Shown here in pieces: positions 13,201 to 20,239 of a stretch of DNA of 21,746 nucleotides. Below the pieces are notes generated by a model. The model was not told the DNA's origin, searched no databases, and saw only the letters and a list, made by a program, of their open reading frames with translations. The DNA is taken from positions 62,851,902 through 62,873,647 of the forward strand of contig JANKJI020000002.1 in NCBI GenBank assembly GCA_024626585.2, in the 5' to 3' direction. The first letter of the stretch is position 1; the number at the start of each line of letters is the position of its first letter. A program made the position numbers and the translations under genes. Source of the DNA: Ginkgo biloba. Lineage: Eukaryota; Plantae; Ginkgophyta.

Positions 13201-16200
13201 TATGAAGCCCACTTACTAGCCACTTCACTCATTTACTTGACTTTACCCTTCTCAAACCCAAATTTGCTTTATTTTTTTGGCTTGTAACATGGCATAGGCA
13301 CACCATAATCACCCCTAGTGCAAACAATAAATAGACAACAATCATGGTTCACATACATATGCAATATAAATAAAAAGTATTTCTTGCAAACCAAATAGAT
13401 TTTTTCTTCTTCACAAGTAATGACTATCATTAAAATGCTTCTTTTAAAATGAGTTTTTTTTCTTATTGTTTATGGAAACTAATTCTAATAAGCTACATAC
13501 AATTAGAACCTAAGTTACCAGGATCCGGGCCTAGGGGTCCCAGTTCCGCTCTCGATTCATTTTGGGAGCATATACGACTGGGAAATGGGAGTGGTATGGT
13601 TGGGAAATGTTTCCCAGCCGTACCCTGACCATACCTAATCAAGGTATNNNNNNNNNNNNNNNNNNNNNNNNNNNNNNNNNNNNNNNNNNNNNNNNNNNNN
13701 NNNNNNNNNNNNNNNNNNNNNNNNNNNNNNNNNNNNNNNNNNNNNNNACCAATGATACTGGAACACATATTGCAAAGACCTTCCCTAACAATGACTAACA
13801 TACTGACCATTGATTCACTAATGTTAACATAATTTATTAATTGTTAGTTGAAGTGGTAGATGTTTTTGTTGTTCACTTATGTATATTGTTAGTGTTGTTG
13901 TTTTTAGGGAAGCAGGTTGTTACAGTTATGGGGTGGAGTCCAATAGACTGATAAGCTTTTCTCCATGATGGTGATTAGAATTTATGCGCTAGAGGCTCGA
14001 TTGCTTGCATAGAAAAGCCCATTAGGTGGTCCCCATGACCAATAATAGGGACTTAAGATTTGTGCTATAAGGTGACCCTAGTCAAATAGACCCTTTTTAA
14101 GAATCTATAAATTAATGAATGCTATTACTATGACCATAAATGAACAAATTTAAATATTTGTAATTTATGGGTTTCTATTACAATGCTTATTTATGTTTTT
14201 TTTTTCTTTTGAATGCATGACTAAAGTTGACTCACTTATTTGAGCTTAATAATATATGTCTATAGACCTAAAATATCTTGGTGTGCATTTTTTAGTAAGA
14301 GTGGTCTATTATAGATATCACTATACATACGTGATGGGTAAGTCTAATAGGGATAGCACATGCACTTGGCTGGTTAGGATTTATGAAGGCTAGCTCCAAC
14401 TACTGCTAAGATCAAGACTAGATTTGGATTTAACCAATTGTTGTCATGGATGGACAACCATTATTTGTGGCTTGCTTCAAAGTATCTTAGGGCTATCTTG
14501 ATGCACTCATGGATGGTATTAAGGACTATTGTGACCCTAAGTAATGTTAGTTATTAGTCCATTAGTAGTATAATTTTCATAATCAGTAAATATAAATTAA
14601 TGATGATTAGTAGTTAATATTAAATGGTACATCACTTTGTGAAGAGGTATGACTAAGAGACACCTCTTTTGATCCTTTGGGGCCTATATATAGGCCATTG
14701 TTGGTTCATTTCTATCATCACATATTCATTACTACTTTCTTCTTCTCAGAAGAAGGGGACCCCTTCTACATTGGGTAGTAGGTGCCCCACAATCCCCTCT
14801 ATTATGTAATACTTGACATTATTTAATCAAAAATACATTTCAAATTATTAAATTATTAAATTTCTTAGTACTATTTAGTAGTTCCCCATTTGGGACACTA
14901 CAAGTGGTATCATAGTTGTAAGAATATTGAAATATGAAAATTATGCCAGTGAAAACAAGCTAGCAAGCAGAAATGGAAGAGAAAATTCTAGAATGCAATA
15001 CTAAAACCTATGCAAAGCTAGACACCAAGATAGAAAGGTTGGACGGAAAGTTGGATAACAAGATTGAAAAGTTGGATATTGAGATAGGAAATCTAGGAAG
15101 AGTTGTATACCAAGATAGAAAATATGGATGCCAAAATAAATGCACTGCAAGAAACAATGAACCAACTCCTTACATAGCTAAGGCCATAATAAAAAATGGT
15201 AAATGGGACATCTAGCAAAAGAATCATCCCACACGAACAATAAAACCTAGTCTTGGAGCAACAGTAAGGGGGTAGTAACAACAGGGGAGAGATTATCTAG
15301 GCAAATAACAGGAGAATTGGATACAACCTACAACTAAAAATTCCAAGTTACAACTTCAATGGCACCATCGAGCCACACAAGTGAGTAAGCAAGCTAAAAT
15401 TGGCCTACCTTCACATAGGGTCAACTGAAGAGACAAAGAAAGTCAGAATGGCCATACAATATATGGAGGGATCCACGCATACGTGGGGAGCAAGATGGTG
15501 GGAGTGAAACCAATTGCTAGTACGAGCATTCGAGAGATTCACAAAAGACTTCTTCCGAAGAGTGGACCGCAATTGGAACGAATCATACAATATCCAAGTA
15601 GCCCACTTATACCAAAGATAGATGTCTATAGAAGATTACACAGAAAAAATCCAGACTTTAGAAGCAAAAGCAAGAATGGACATCAAGGATGTACGAGAGT
15701 TTGATATTGCAAACTTAAGGCCAAAAATAAGAGCAGATGTCAAGACATTTCAGCCAAGAACCTTAGAGACAACTATCTTCTATGTTTGGTGACTTTGTAA
15801 TTTATATGGGCTTGACAAGTTTCTAGGCTTGCCACATAGTTTTATAAAATTGAAAAGACTTTAACTTTAATCTTCATGTAAGAATTAAGGTTTCTAGAGA
15901 AAGATCTTTCTTACTATCTTTATTATCAGGATTTCATGAAAGCATGTAATGCACTTTAATCCTCATTCCCAAAGAGAGCCCTCACAATCCATTTAGTGCA
16001 TGGAGCCATGTCTTGCCTATGTCAATCAATAATGCCTATCCCTTAAAGACATTTTGGTTTGCAACAAATATTTTAATCAAATATGTGAAGGCCTACCTTC
16101 CCTTTTAAAGGCTCCCCTACAGAATATTTGATTGATTGGATTAGCTTTAAGTAAGAAACTAGACCACAATCTAACAAGATGATTAATAAACATTAGTGCC

Positions 16201-19200
16201 TTCTAACACCTTCGTGACAACTTATTATTAGGGGCCTATTGTCTTGGATCTTGCAAGGGAGTTTTTTCATTCCTCCCTATCAATAAACATGTTGCCATAT
16301 TTTTGTAAGAGAGACCTAAAAACCAAAAGGAAAGCCCAAGAACTTTAATATTTACCTGTGGAGACTCAACCATAGAACTTATCCCACACAAGGATGTATT
16401 TAACGACTAAAATATGGTAGAGAGTTTGTAACACACCTAATTATAAGGCTAATAATCCTATTGAATATGTTAGAGGCTAAGGTAGTCATTAGTATTAATT
16501 ACTAACTAATTAATATTAAATGATACATCATAATGAAAGGGAACCTAATCAAAGTAACCTTAAGATGATAGGTCAATATAAGTTCATAGGTCATTATTGT
16601 ATAACATCTTAATAAAATATTTATCATATCATCATTCCTCTCTAAAGTCACCTTGCCAGGGTTGCTCTAAGTGGCTTTAGAGCCTTTTTAGTACTTAACT
16701 TTCCAAAAATAAAAAATAAAAATAGAAATAAATGAATTTTGTTTCTCCCCTCCTTGAGCCATTTTCTCTCATCCTATTTCCACCCTGTGTTTTCATCTAA
16801 ATTGTTCCAATTATCCTCCTTTACTACTTTAGTTTCTATTTTTTGTACCATCTCAAAAAATAGTATTTATTTTCTCATCTCCAATATGTTCCATTTTTCC
16901 ATAGTATTCTCAATAAAAAATAATATTCTTAAATATTAAAAAGGTTCCCTCTAAAACTTATAAATTGTTTTAAACAATAAATAGTGAAGTCGTTGTACAA
17001 TAAACATAAAGGACACAAGTTAATGTTATAAAAATGGTGAATATGCCTTTTGGTCCACATTATTGAGGTCTCGAAGAAAGAAAGAATTTCTTGGCTAAAT
17101 GCATAAACTACACACTAGANNNNNNNNNNNNNNNNNNNNNNNNNNNNNNNNNNNNNNNNNNNNNNNNNNNNNNNNNNNNNNNNNNNNNNNNNNNNNNNNN
17201 NNNNNNNNNNNNNNNNNNNNNNNNNNNNNNNNNNNNNNNNNNNNNNNNNNNNNNNNNNNNNNNNNNNNNNNNNNNNNNNNNNNNNNNNNNNNNNNNNNNN
17301 NNNNNNNNNNNNNNNNNNNNNNNNNNNNNNNNNNNNNNNNNNNNNNNNNNNNNNNNNNNNNNNNNNNNNNNNNNNNNNNNNNNNNNNNNNNNNNNNNNNN
17401 NNNNNNNNNNNNNNNNNNNNNNNNNNNNNNNNNNNNNNNNNNAGTAGTGGATGAATAGCAAGTGGATAGAGGCCCTCTCTCATGTTGAAGAGTTATTCAT
17501 TCTAAAATTTTATTGGTTGGTACTCTTACCCTTATCTGTGATTGCTTATCCTTGTTTAAAAGACAAAGCCTCTACAAAACATAAAGAATATGGCAACCGC
17601 TTCCAAGATTATCGCACATCCTTCGTTAGGGGTATAAAGAGGCAATTCTCTTGGTGACCTAGATTCACATCAGAGCTAAGTAATATGAAGACAAACCGAT
17701 AAATTAATTGTATATATCACTTTCAACATTAGTATTCATATGTTTTGCAGTCTTTGAAACGCTTTCATCTGTTTGTGCATTTTAGTGTAATTAGTGAAAT
17801 AAGTTTTTCTTTTGTGCTTGAAAATATCTTTCCTTCACATGTTGCTTAAATTTTCATGTTCCTGCAGATAACTGCTACACATCAACTCGAATCTGCATTA
17901 AAAACTCTAGCATTGGCAGCACGATCTATTTTGCAAGTTTTGTCAAGGGAAGACTCACTTATTTCAGCTGATAGTACCGTTGCATATGATGGCCTAGTTT
18001 CCGGATCACTTCCGATGAATGTGGACAAAATAGTGCTATTAGATGCATTATTTAAGACTCTTCCTGGTTTGGATGCTAATGATCGTCCTAAGCTTTCAGC
18101 AACCATTCAACTCTATCAATCCATTATCTCTTGTGTAAGATTTGAACTTGGCATTAAGAGATTATGATAATTATTGTCTAAGTTATCGTTAATGAAATGG
18201 CCTAAAGCCTTCCATTTCCTTATGCAATACTTAATTGACTAACTCGTGGGAAGTGAGATTTGCTCATCCAATACTAATGATTGCATTTATAAGCTTGTTG
18301 ATGTAAATACTGGCATCATTTGTTTATTGCCACAGGTCAGAGAGCTTGACAATTGCGATGTTCTATGCCCAAAAGTACTTAACATTGATTGGTCTCTATG
18401 GATTGATGAGTTTCTTTCCCATCATTTTGGGTTGCTTGTCAATTTAGAACCAAGCTATCAACCATTGTAAGTGACTTCTGCCATTTGAATATTCAATTCA
18501 ATTGTGCCTATATCAAAAATATTTGCGATACATTTTGGTGCAGACCATGTCTTACAGCTCATAGTGTTTCCCATATATGTTCTTAGATTTTAATTGCCAA
18601 GTTCTCTTAAAATAAATTTCAGGATCTTTCATTGCTCTCCCTTCTCATCTTTGAATGAGAAGATTACAACAAATTCTTATGGCAGCCGATTGTGCTTACT
18701 TCAAGGATTTTAGTTTATTATGTTTATGTCTTAGTGTCTTCATAATGTTTAGCTGGATGACTGAAGAGGAAACCATTTTCCATGGACTAGTATTTTCCAC
18801 ATTATTTGATGTTCGTAAAAACTTTTGAAATGGTTTTCTAGCTATTAGCATGACCACTTTTTCTATGTAGTGATGCTGATCCAGATTACGGACCAACTTT
18901 AGAAAGTGGATATTCTTGTCCATATTTTCTTCGGCTTTTGTTTGGAAAGATGGCACCTCCATTGTATGAACAGGTATATTCTTTTAGGGAACTATGTCTA
19001 TGTAAAATGTAAGACAAATTTATTGATTTACTGATCAGCCATAGATTGATTGTAATAATTACAGGCACTCAATAAAGTTGTAAAATTCGTACATGGCAAC
19101 ATGTTACCTGGAAATGTGGATGCAATTGGAGATATCTGTTCTGCTGCAGTGTATGCCAATCCATCAATGGCTTTCCAGCAGTTATTGGAGCCCATTCTGC

Positions 19201-19760
19201 AATCACTGATTACAGCTTTGGGAGAATTTCCCTCAACGGGATTCAGTGGAAGTGGCAAGCGGACTGTATCAGCTGGTTCCAAGGTTGATTACTTTTGCCC
19301 TTTACAGCAATCATATTCAACTAGCAGCTTACATTCCTGTTAAAAATGGATATTTTTTTTGATCCCATGTAGCTGACAGAAGTGCTTTACCTCTCTCACC
19401 AGGTTTGCCTTTCTTCAGCACAGGTAAGGGCAACTACCTACCAACTTGATATCCTGGCTAAACCACTTGAACTTGGAGGAGCAATTGTGCCCTTGTATAG
19501 TGAGCTCTTGGATAGATTGATTGATGCCACTTTTGACGTGCCTTCAACTGAGGTATTGTAAAATTTTGCCTATGTTTCGTTTTGACACGAATGTTTAAAT
19601 TTGGCTTAAAAGTACATCTGAAGAAGTCCATTAATTACTTGAGCATCATATTTTTACAACTTCAGATAAATTATGGGTTTGAACAGATAAATGGTGCTGG
19701 AGCTGCCCTTCTAAGTTCAGTACTTCAAATGATATTTTACTACCCACTCAGTCCATTCAG
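1184..19760 (+). CDS. PA200: Proteasome activator complex subunit 4 (PA200/PSME4/Blm10 family), internal portion of a spliced gene; 5' and 3' ends lie outside the window
   Basis: Eight GT-AG exons translate without stops. They give PA200 motifs in the right order: LLE-YFHPSNNGEW (cf. plant LLEQYYHPSNGGRW), TATHQL, GLDANDRPK (cf. GMDANDPPK), WIDEFL..LEP, LYEQ/ALNKVVKFV..N.LPG, YQL.IL...GG and INGAG..LL...YYP. Phases are consistent between exons 1184-1509 and across 17868-19760. Confidence 0.93.
1408..1509 (+). CDS. PA200: PA200-like exon (L-YFHPSNNGEWTSSLTNFLYYLVFYFIKRIAHEE)
   Basis: Poly-T tract, acceptor gtggtag|G, donor GA|gtaaga, phase 2 to 2. Contains the HPSN.G.W hallmark of PA200/Blm10. 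Confidence 0.93.
3043..3925 (+). mobile_element. Degenerate Ty3/gypsy-like LTR (about 3043-3791) with decayed PBS and start of gag
   Basis: Starts TGTTACAGCCC and ends GGGACTATTACA (imperfect inverted termini). It is followed by atgatatcaaatc, a decayed tRNA-Met PBS (TGGTATCAGAGC), and by an ATG at 3827 giving the coiled-coil peptide MESKLLKKLEAMDVEIKKMKEEIQK. The 5' boundary is uncertain. Confidence 0.5.
4507..4646 (+). mobile_element. 3' end of an LTR plus tRNA-Met primer-binding site (LTR retrotransposon remnant)
   Basis: ...AATAATCA is immediately followed by TGGTATTAGAGC at 4635-4646, a 1-mismatch PBS. Upstream are an 18-bp direct repeat (4507-4524 and 4607-4624) and a 16-bp direct repeat (4521-4536 and 4555-4570). 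Confidence 0.5.
5549..6027 (-). mobile_element. Ty1/copia gag pseudogene (DUF4219 + UBN2/Retrotran_gag_2-like)
   Basis: The minus strand reads MSKLV..KLKSSNYTK*KRLMKDTLIFNEL*KVVG...DSKVLALI*SSCTKDVYVHLETLDDSFKS*RKLETLFE...EYITRIENIKKEIKKIGVKELDDDMVVSIVLNGLP. This matches the copia gag consensus (L..SNY..WK..M...L....LW..V; AW..L...F; L.GLP), with stops at the conserved Trp positions. Confidence 0.85.
6295..6422. repeat. Perfect 31-bp direct repeat (AGTATTATTTTCTTTCCCATTCCTACTAAAT) at 6295-6325 and 6392-6422
   Basis: Identical copies read directly from the sequence, starts 97 bp apart. Confidence 0.9.
7492..7611 (-). repeat. Copy of dispersed ~130 bp GGGGTGGAGTC-motif repeat
   Basis: The reverse complement ggggtggaatc...agcttc...tgatagt...ttttat..ttagagg...gccc..ttaggtgatccc...ccaatagtgg aligns by eye with 13930-14064. 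Confidence 0.55.
9150..9760 (+). mobile_element. Possible highly decayed LINE reverse transcriptase fragment
   Basis: Scattered frameshifted peptides VDGLNE, REWDTII..KG....YKSIVI, RIDEWVK and EQLGI resemble the ordered RT N-terminal motifs of RTE/L2-type LINEs. The match is weak. Confidence 0.25.
10975..11420 (+). mobile_element. Degenerate non-LTR (RTE-like LINE) reverse transcriptase fragment
   Basis: Ordered motifs across frames: LEEWV*QCI, IISLYKG, FQKCYGIIME, HNSTIDH and NFDR. These correspond to the LINE RT consensus P.EW....IIPL.K.G...AKLYG.I.E...HST.DH...KAFD.V. Confidence 0.55.
13510..13647 (+). mobile_element. Possible DNA-transposon (hAT/MITE-like) terminal region
   Basis: An abrupt GC-rich, CpG-containing block starts CTAAGTTACCAGGATCCGGG and runs into an N gap. 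It is reminiscent of plant hAT-type termini, but no partner TIR is visible. Confidence 0.25.
13930..14064 (+). repeat. Copy of dispersed ~130 bp GGGGTGGAGTC-motif repeat
   Basis: Colinear similarity to 21111-21249 (-) and 7492-7611 (-), and weaker similarity to 14334-14398 (+). Confidence 0.65.
14527..15783 (+). mobile_element. Ty3/gypsy LTR retrotransposon remnant: LTR (about 14527-14902), PBS (14905-14916), gag pseudogene (14943-15783)
   Basis: The LTR ends GGGACACTACA and is followed by AGTGGTATCATAG (tRNA-Met PBS); it carries a TATA-containing palindrome at 14681-14696. The gag translation LKIPSYNFNGTIEPHK*V...KKVRMAIQYMEGSTHTW...F.RFTKDFFRR...LYQR*MSIEDYTEK...NLRPKIRADVKTFQPRTLE matches Retrotrans_gag (PF03732-type), with stops and a frameshift. 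Confidence 0.85.
14681..14696. promoter_or_regulatory. Perfect 16-bp palindrome GGCCTATATATAGGCC, likely the LTR TATA box
   Basis: Lies inside the inferred LTR, about 210 bp upstream of its 3' end, followed by a CT-rich tract. Confidence 0.45.
15940..16380 (-). mobile_element. L1-clade LINE ORF2 fragment (region downstream of the RT core), degenerate
   Basis: Ordered minus-strand peptides LKFLGFPFG, VSLTKIWQHV, VVTKVLEGTNVY*SSC*, CCKPKCL*GIGIID and TKWIVRALFGNED match the plant L1 consensus (YLG.P, VYYSSCW, C.PK..GGLG..D, KW..R). Confidence 0.78.
16427..16640 (+). mobile_element. Fragment of an LTR related to the 14527-14902 LTR
   Basis: Starts TGTAACAC. 16507-16530 matches 14611-14634 at 22 of 24 nt. 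Confidence 0.45.
17563..17631 (+). CDS. Candidate PA200-like exon (frame uncertain)
   Basis: Pyrimidine tract and AAG acceptor, donor GGG|gtataa. One frame gives TKPLQNIKNMATASKIIAHPSLG, in register with the recalled SKNEHLSETVAAATSILSY..PSL. Another frame gives ...YRTSFVR (cf. ER.SFV). Confidence 0.3.
17751..17786 (+). CDS. Candidate PA200-like micro-exon (17751-17786 SLKRFHLFVHFS, or 17751-17770 VFETLSS)
   Basis: Strong acceptor tgttttgcag| with donors AGT|gtaatt or TCT|gtttgt, both ending in phase 0 as exon 17868 requires. RFHL resembles RFHLALET, which precedes TATHQL in plant PA200. Confidence 0.35.
17868..18134 (+). CDS. PA200: PA200-like exon (ITATHQLESALKTLALAARSILQ...GLDANDRPKLSATIQLYQSIISC)
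   Basis: ttcctgcag|ATA ... TGT|gtaaga; 89 codons, phase 0 to 0; TATHQL and G.DAND.PK motifs. Confidence 0.93.
18336..18466 (+). CDS. PA200: PA200-like exon (VRELDNCD...DWSLWIDEFLSHHFGLLVNLEPSYQP)
   Basis: gccacag|GTC ... TT|gtaagt; phase 0 to 2; matches SEWLDEFLCRL..LL.HLEP. Confidence 0.92.
18871..18973 (+). CDS. PA200: PA200-like exon (FDADPDYGPTLESGYSCPYFLRLLFGKMAPPLYEQ)
   Basis: ctatgtag|T ... CAG|gtatat; phase 2 to 0; matches LEILLGRLS..LYNQ. Confidence 0.88.
19065..19283 (+). CDS. PA200: PA200-like exon (ALNKVVKFVHGNMLPG...LEPILQSLITALGEFPSTGFSGSG...SK)
   Basis: ttacag|GCA ... AAG|gttgat; 73 codons; matches ALKKI.KFV.TNILPGA...EP.L....SSL...P.TG.GG.G. Confidence 0.92.
19403..19552 (+). 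CDS. PA200: PA200-like exon (VCLSSAQVRATTYQLDILAKPLELGGAIVPLYSELLDRLIDATFDVPSTE)
   Basis: Branch-like ctgac at 19373, then ctctctcaccag|GTT ... GAG|gtattg; 50 codons; matches LSPALE.AIDYQLK.LS.AI.YGG...Y....I...F..PS. An in-frame upstream acceptor would start the exon at 19373. Confidence 0.85.
19687..19760 (+). CDS. PA200: PA200-like exon (INGAGAALLSSVLQMIFYYPLSPF)
   Basis: aacag|ATA ... AG|gtagga; phase 0 to 2; matches VNGAGDHLLRSLLGSL..YYP. An alternative in-frame start lies at 19666. Confidence 0.87.
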
Positions 19761-19855
19761 GTAGGATAATACTTCTTTGTACTTAAATATCTTACATTTA
19801 TATTTATTCTGGTGATTGATTGATGTGAATAGCTAAAAAAACTAGTTGTTTGCAG

Positions 19856-19915
19856 TGATGGTCTAGAAATGGCTATTCAAACTGCCTGTTGGGTGGAGAA
19901 TGCTTATTATATAAG
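19856..19915 (+). CDS. PA200: Probable PA200-like exon (SDGLEMAIQTACWVENAYYI)
   Basis: The acceptor gtttgcag|T is in the required phase 2, and the Trp sits roughly where homologues have LEEWISTK. The donor AG|gtcttt is weak, and a stop follows if it is read through. Confidence 0.5.
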
Positions 19916-20111
19916 GTCTTTTTCCTTTTATTGATAAATGATTTGCACATTATACTCTATTGATTTGATCGGGTTAGAAGTTGAGGAGAAAATCAAGCCT
20001 TGTATTCATGTCCATCTAAAGATTGAGATTGAGTATACATCGAATGATGATGAAAGGCGAACCTTTATAGACTTGGTGTAATGTTTCTTATCACTCCCGT
20101 GACTATTTCAG

Positions 20112-20239
20112 ATGCACAACCTAAGNNNNNNNNNNNNNNNNNNNNNNNNNNNNNNNNNNNNNNNNNNNNNNNNNNNNNNNNNNNNNNNNNNNNNNNNNNN
20201 NNNNNNNNNNNNNNNNNNNNCTTGCCAAAGGTGATGCAG
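20112..20239 (+). CDS. Candidate PA200-like exon largely hidden in N gap 20126-20220
   Basis: tatttcag|AT GCA CAA CCT AAG (AQPK) enters the gap where homologues continue PKWHVP. After the gap, either CQ or LAKGDAG|gtggaa fits ICQ...HSDAG, and the gap size roughly fits the missing ~30 codons. The phase with the previous exon is unresolved. Confidence 0.35.

Noticed and set aside
13948-13980. CTGATAAG resembling a hammerhead ribozyme core (CUGANGA)
   Set aside because: It is not conserved in the other copies, and there is no properly spaced GAAA with stems I-III.
2280-17483. Long ORFs in the track (2280-2909, 11547-12401, 11554-12279, 17091-17483 etc.)
   Set aside because: They consist almost entirely of N-gap X residues and are artefacts.
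18623-18713. Acceptor tttcag| within the 18467-18870 intron
   Set aside because: It reaches a stop without a convincing donor, and the flanking exons already join in frame with roughly the expected length.
17882-19282. Minus-strand ORFs 17882-18106, 18696-18962 and 19028-19282
   Set aside because: Antisense shadows of PA200 exons with no recognisable motifs.
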